Positions 60,522 through 64,000 of a stretch of DNA of 64,000 nucleotides are shown here, piece by piece. Location: assembly GCA_964236325.1 (NCBI GenBank), contig CAXSEC010000001.1:53325-117324 (forward strand). The letters run 5' to 3'. The notes under the pieces are model-generated. The model saw only the letters and a program-made list of their open reading frames with translations, ran no database searches and was not told the DNA's origin. This DNA is from an uncultured Acidobacteriaceae bacterium. GTDB taxonomy: Bacteria > Acidobacteriota > Terriglobia > Terriglobales > Acidobacteriaceae. A program made the translations under genes and the position numbers. Positions within the stretch are counted from its first letter, which is position 1. Every line of letters begins with the position of its first letter.

Positions 60522-62329
60522 GTCGATCCCCAAACCTGAGTCCCCTGACACAGCCCCGCGGGGCTGAAGTCGCTCCGCCTGCTCAGAGGCATGCATGGCT
60601 GCGACGTCAGGTGTTGACGACCGATCACCGAGCCATTGGTCGTCTGTACCTCATCCTCGCCCTGCTAAGCGTCGGTATCGGAACAGTCCTCTCGCTCCTT
60701 ATGCGGCTGCACCTGACTTGGCCGGAGCGGATTGTGCCGTTCCATGGTCCGATCCTTCCTGAGGACTACCTGGCACTCGTCACCATCCACGGCACGCTGA
60801 TGCTGTTCTTTGTGCTCACTACGGCTCCCCAATCCGGGTTCGGGAACATTGTTCTGCCGGCGCAGATCGGCGCTCGCCGCATGGCCTTTCCCCTCGTCAA
60901 CGCTCTGGCGTTCTGGGTGATCGTCCTCGCTCTGCTTACCCTGCTGAGTGCGATGTTTGTTCCCGGCGGAAACGCAATCTCCGGCTGGACCGCCTATCCG
61001 CCTCTGTCGGCGGTTCCGAGTGCAGGGCCGGGTCAGGGAATGGGGATGGACCTGTGGCTTGCAAGTATTGCCCTGTTTGCCGTGGGATCGACGATGAGCG
61101 CAACGAACACCCTCGTCACCGTCGTGCAGATGCGCTGTGCCGGGATGACTTGGGGACGTCTCCCGTTGACCGTGTGGGGCTGGATCACCGCCGCCATGCT
61201 CTCGATTCTGGCCTTCTCCGTGCTACTCGCTGCACTGCTGCTTCTCTTCTGTGATCGTCATCTTGGCTCCGGCTTCTACTTGCCTGTGGGCGATCTGGTC
61301 AATGGGTCACTGCGCGTCCAGTCCGCCCATAACGGGTCGCCGCTCCTCTGGCTTCACCTGTTCTGGTTCTTTGGCCACCCAGAGGTCTACATCGCCATCC
61401 TGCCGGGAATGGGTCTGACGTCGATGATCCTTGCGAACTTCTGCCGGAGGCGAGTCTTTGCCTATCGAACGATGATCGTAACCACCTTGCTGATCGGGTT
61501 CCTCGGCATCATGGTCTGGGGTCACCACATGTTTGTTGCGGGCCTCAATCCATTCGCAGGCACAGCCTTCTCGGTCTCGACCATCGCCATCGCCATCCCG
61601 TCCGCAGCCAAGGTGCTCTCCTGGCTCGCGACGATCTGGCGATCCCGGCCCCGCTACACCACGGCCTTTCTCTTCGCGCTCGGCTTTGTGTCTTTGTTTA
61701 TCACCGGTGGGCTCACTGGACCCATCCTCGCCCAGCCCATCCTTGATCAGTACCTGCACAACACCTTCTTTGTGGTCGCGCACTTCCACCTCATTATGGC
61801 GATGGCTGGCATCTTCGGTCTGTTTGCGGCGACCTACTACTGGTTCCCTTTGCTTGCCGGTCGAACCTTGCACGAGGGCCTGGGTCGAATCCACTTCTGG
61901 GGTTCCATGGCGGGTGCCTACGCCACCTTCCTGCCCATGCACCTGACCGGCCTTATGGGGGAACCGCGCCACTATGCTCAAATAAGCGGCATTCCCAACG
62001 CAGCGGGTGATCTGCTCGCGCACAGCATCGCGATCAACCGCGAGATTAGCTGGGCGGCCTTCTTCCTTGCGGGTGTGCAGCTGGTCTTCCTGGTCAACCT
62101 GCTCCGAACGCTGATGCACCGGCCCAGCGCGCCGCTCAATCCGTGGGACGCGACCACCCTCGAGTGGTGTCCCCTGCTTGCGACCGACGAGACAGGTCCG
62201 CTAATCACCGTCTACCGAGGGCCCTCGCAGTACGCCCATCAACAGGGACAGGACGTCGCGTTACCGCAGTGGATTTCTCCTGAAATGCCGGCGCTTGGGA
62301 CGAGTCGACTCGGGGCATCAAAGGAGTAA
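60518..62329 (+). CDS. coxA: Heme-copper oxidase subunit I (A1-type motif)
   Basis: HGTLMLFF, GWTAYPPLS, WFFGHPEVYI, WGHHM, VAHFH. Confidence 0.95.
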   Translation: MSRSPNLSPLTQPRGAEVAPPAQRHAWLRRQVLTTDHRAIGRLYLILALLSVGIGTVLSLLMRLHLTWPERIVPFHGPILPEDYLALVTIHGTLMLFFVLTTAPQSGFGNIVLPAQIGARRMAFPLVNALAFWVIVLALLTLLSAMFVPGGNAISGWTAYPPLSAVPSAGPGQGMGMDLWLASIALFAVGSTMSATNTLVTVVQMRCAGMTWGRLPLTVWGWITAAMLSILAFSVLLAALLLLFCDRHLGSGFYLPVGDLVNGSLRVQSAHNGSPLLWLHLFWFFGHPEVYIAILPGMGLTSMILANFCRRRVFAYRTMIVTTLLIGFLGIMVWGHHMFVAGLNPFAGTAFSVSTIAIAIPSAAKVLSWLATIWRSRPRYTTAFLFALGFVSLFITGGLTGPILAQPILDQYLHNTFFVVAHFHLIMAMAGIFGLFAATYYWFPLLAGRTLHEGLGRIHFWGSMAGAYATFLPMHLTGLMGEPRHYAQISGIPNAAGDLLAHSIAINREISWAAFFLAGVQLVFLVNLLRTLMHRPSAPLNPWDATTLEWCPLLATDETGPLITVYRGPSQYAHQQGQDVALPQWISPEMPALGTSRLGASKE

Positions 62330-62364
62330 GCTGAAACGACACGCTCGCGCGCGAGGCCCTTCTG

Positions 62365-63135
62365 ATGCCAGCCACATTTACTCCCACAAAGCCTGATCTA
62401 GATAAAAGCCGCATTCATGATCACGATAATGGAGCGGGGCGACGTCCGCCGACAGACAAGCGGACGGGTGGCGGGGGTGAAGGCGATAACTGGCACAGCC
62501 GGCCACAAGGAAGGCGCGGGCCGCGAGAGCGTCTGGGCCGCTACCGCATGGGTCTCTTCTTCGCTTTGGCAGGCGACCTGATGTTCTTCATCGCGATTGT
62601 CAGCGTATTCTTTGTGGCCCGGACCACGGGTCACTTCGACGCCTACAACCGGTACATCAACGAGTGGCTTCCAACGGCCATCCCTCCTATCCTGTGGATC
62701 AACACCGCGGTTCTGCTGCTCTCCTCCGTCAGCATGGAGATTGCTCGGCGCCGCATGTTTCATGAGCCTGACGTGATGGAAGAGTGGTTCGGACTCGGCA
62801 GACCCATCTCCCGCCGAACGGCTCCCTGGGTAGCGGCAACCCTGGTACTCGGACTGCTGTTTCTGGCTGGTCAAGCACTCGCCTGGAAACAATTAGCCCT
62901 GCAACATGTCTTCTTCGTCTCGAACCCGAGCAGCCACTTCTTCTACCTAATCACCTATACGCATGCGATCCACCTCTTCCTTGGGATTGGCGGCCTCATG
63001 GTGGCCCTGTGGGGTCTCTACGCCTCGCGCCAACTGGAGACACGGCAGATCCTGGTTGATTGTTCCGCCTGGTACTGGCACTCGATGGGCGTCTTCTGGA
63101 TCTTCCTGTTTCTGCTACTCGCCTACTTCCAATGA
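62365..63135 (+). CDS. coxC: Heme-copper oxidase subunit III
   Basis: INTAVLLLSS, FL.GQ, FY..T..HA.H, YWH.M...W. Confidence 0.9.
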   Translation: MPATFTPTKPDLDKSRIHDHDNGAGRRPPTDKRTGGGGEGDNWHSRPQGRRGPRERLGRYRMGLFFALAGDLMFFIAIVSVFFVARTTGHFDAYNRYINEWLPTAIPPILWINTAVLLLSSVSMEIARRRMFHEPDVMEEWFGLGRPISRRTAPWVAATLVLGLLFLAGQALAWKQLALQHVFFVSNPSSHFFYLITYTHAIHLFLGIGGLMVALWGLYASRQLETRQILVDCSAWYWHSMGVFWIFLFLLLAYFQ

Positions 63136-63362
63136 GCGCTCGCAGGCAGGGCTGGTGGCTCCGCGCCATCGCTGTGCTGTTCTTCCTTGCAGGAAATCAT
63201 GGCAATGTAGCCGAGGCGCAAGGTTGCGCCCAATGCCGGGACAATACGGCTGCGACACCGCAGGTCACGCAACACGCATATCGAAGTGCCATTCTGCTCT
63301 TGGGCGGGGTCGCCCTTGCCCTCGGCTCGGTGGTAATCATCATCGGCCGCCGTTTCGACTAG
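63132..63362 (+). CDS. Small membrane-anchored CxxC protein
   Basis: ATGA overlap with subunit III; signal-like N-terminus, AQGCAQCRD, C-terminal TM helix. Confidence 0.7.
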   Translation: MSARRQGWWLRAIAVLFFLAGNHGNVAEAQGCAQCRDNTAATPQVTQHAYRSAILLLGGVALALGSVVIIIGRRFD

Positions 63363-63385
63363 CGCTCACTCGTCTGTAGGGCTAC

Positions 63386-64000
63386 CTAACGCCGCTTGAC
63401 GGCCTTCTTCACGACTGCCTTCTTCGTTGGTACTGGCGGAACTGGCTTCTTCTTCGAGACTGCCTTCGCAGGCGTCTTCTTCGCCAGGATCACCTTCGCG
63501 GGAGCCGCCTTCTGCTTCAATGGCGCTGGCTTCTTCGCAGGACTCGCCGGACTGACAGGGCGCTGCTTGGTGTGCTTGGCAGCGGCCTTGCTTGCCGACT
63601 TCTTCCCAGTCCGCCCTAGAAGCGACTCAGCGACCTTCCTGGGCTTCTCCGGCACCTTGTTCGCGGGCTTCTCGAGCACCTTCTTTGTGAAAGGGGCCGG
63701 GGCCTTGGTGACTGTTTTCACCGGCGACTTTGCGACCGCTGTAGAGGCTGCAACCTTCTTCGAGGCGTCCTTTGAGGGTACGGGTGCAGCTTTAGGTACA
63801 GGCTGGACGGCTGCAGGAGGGCGCGTTGGCGGGGCTTTCTCCGCAGCTACTGGTTCGGCCTCAGCTGTGATAGCAGGAGAAGCCTCTTCTGCAGCCGCAA
63901 GCGTCTTTTCTTCAGGCTCCTCAATCACCGCTGCTTTCTTCTTGGACTTCCCGGCTTTGACCTCTTTGCGAGGGGTCCTCGGTCGGCGAAGCGAGACGGG
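63386..64000 (-). CDS. 3' part of a gene with a Lys/Ala/Pro-rich (histone-like) C-terminal tail, truncated by the window edge
   Basis: Frame is open to 64000; repeated PAKK/KKA motifs. Confidence 0.65.
   Translation of the reverse strand, partial: PVSLRRPRTPRKEVKAGKSKKKAAVIEEPEEKTLAAAEEASPAITAEAEPVAAEKAPPTRPPAAVQPVPKAAPVPSKDASKKVAASTAVAKSPVKTVTKAPAPFTKKVLEKPANKVPEKPRKVAESLLGRTGKKSASKAAAKHTKQRPVSPASPAKKPAPLKQKAAPAKVILAKKTPAKAVSKKKPVPPVPTKKAVVKKAVKRR

Noticed and set aside
1-64000. CRISPR array, rRNA, prophage or intact transposase
   Set aside because: No regularly spaced repeats, rRNA-like sequence or intact mobile-element genes were seen on reading.

Overview
GC-rich bacterial chromosome window, very probably Acidobacteriota (Acidobacteriaceae-like). 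The call rests on an Oar-type TonB receptor, an S53 protease with Ig-like repeats, a PadR/permease module and a Hanks kinase with TPR-like repeats. Left third (1-20 kb, accessory and partly decaying): a PadR-controlled ABC module with a frameshifted ATPase, a dioxygenase/esterase pair, an S53 protease, an uncharacterised MATE / PIG-L+NodS fusion / GT2 / acyl-CoA-dehydrogenase-like / MFS cluster, and a chimeric scar (tyrosine integrase + TonB receptor + S9 peptidase remnants). Middle (20-44 kb): cidA/lrgB, a TonB receptor with a two-component system, a CzcCBA-type RND pump, and a kdp locus. In that locus kdpD is split into two divergently transcribed halves flanked by a degenerate inverted repeat, four 11-bp-phased boxes precede the operon, and an extra small peptide gene lies before kdpF. 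Right third (core genes): pgi, Ser/Thr kinase, tRNA-Leu(GAG), secG, ribB with a degenerate GCH-II domain, recQ with two HRDC domains, pdxST, and an A1-type heme-copper oxidase with Arg in place of the D-channel entry Asp. No CRISPR array, rRNA or intact mobile element was seen. All calls come from motif recognition by eye; no database searches were run.
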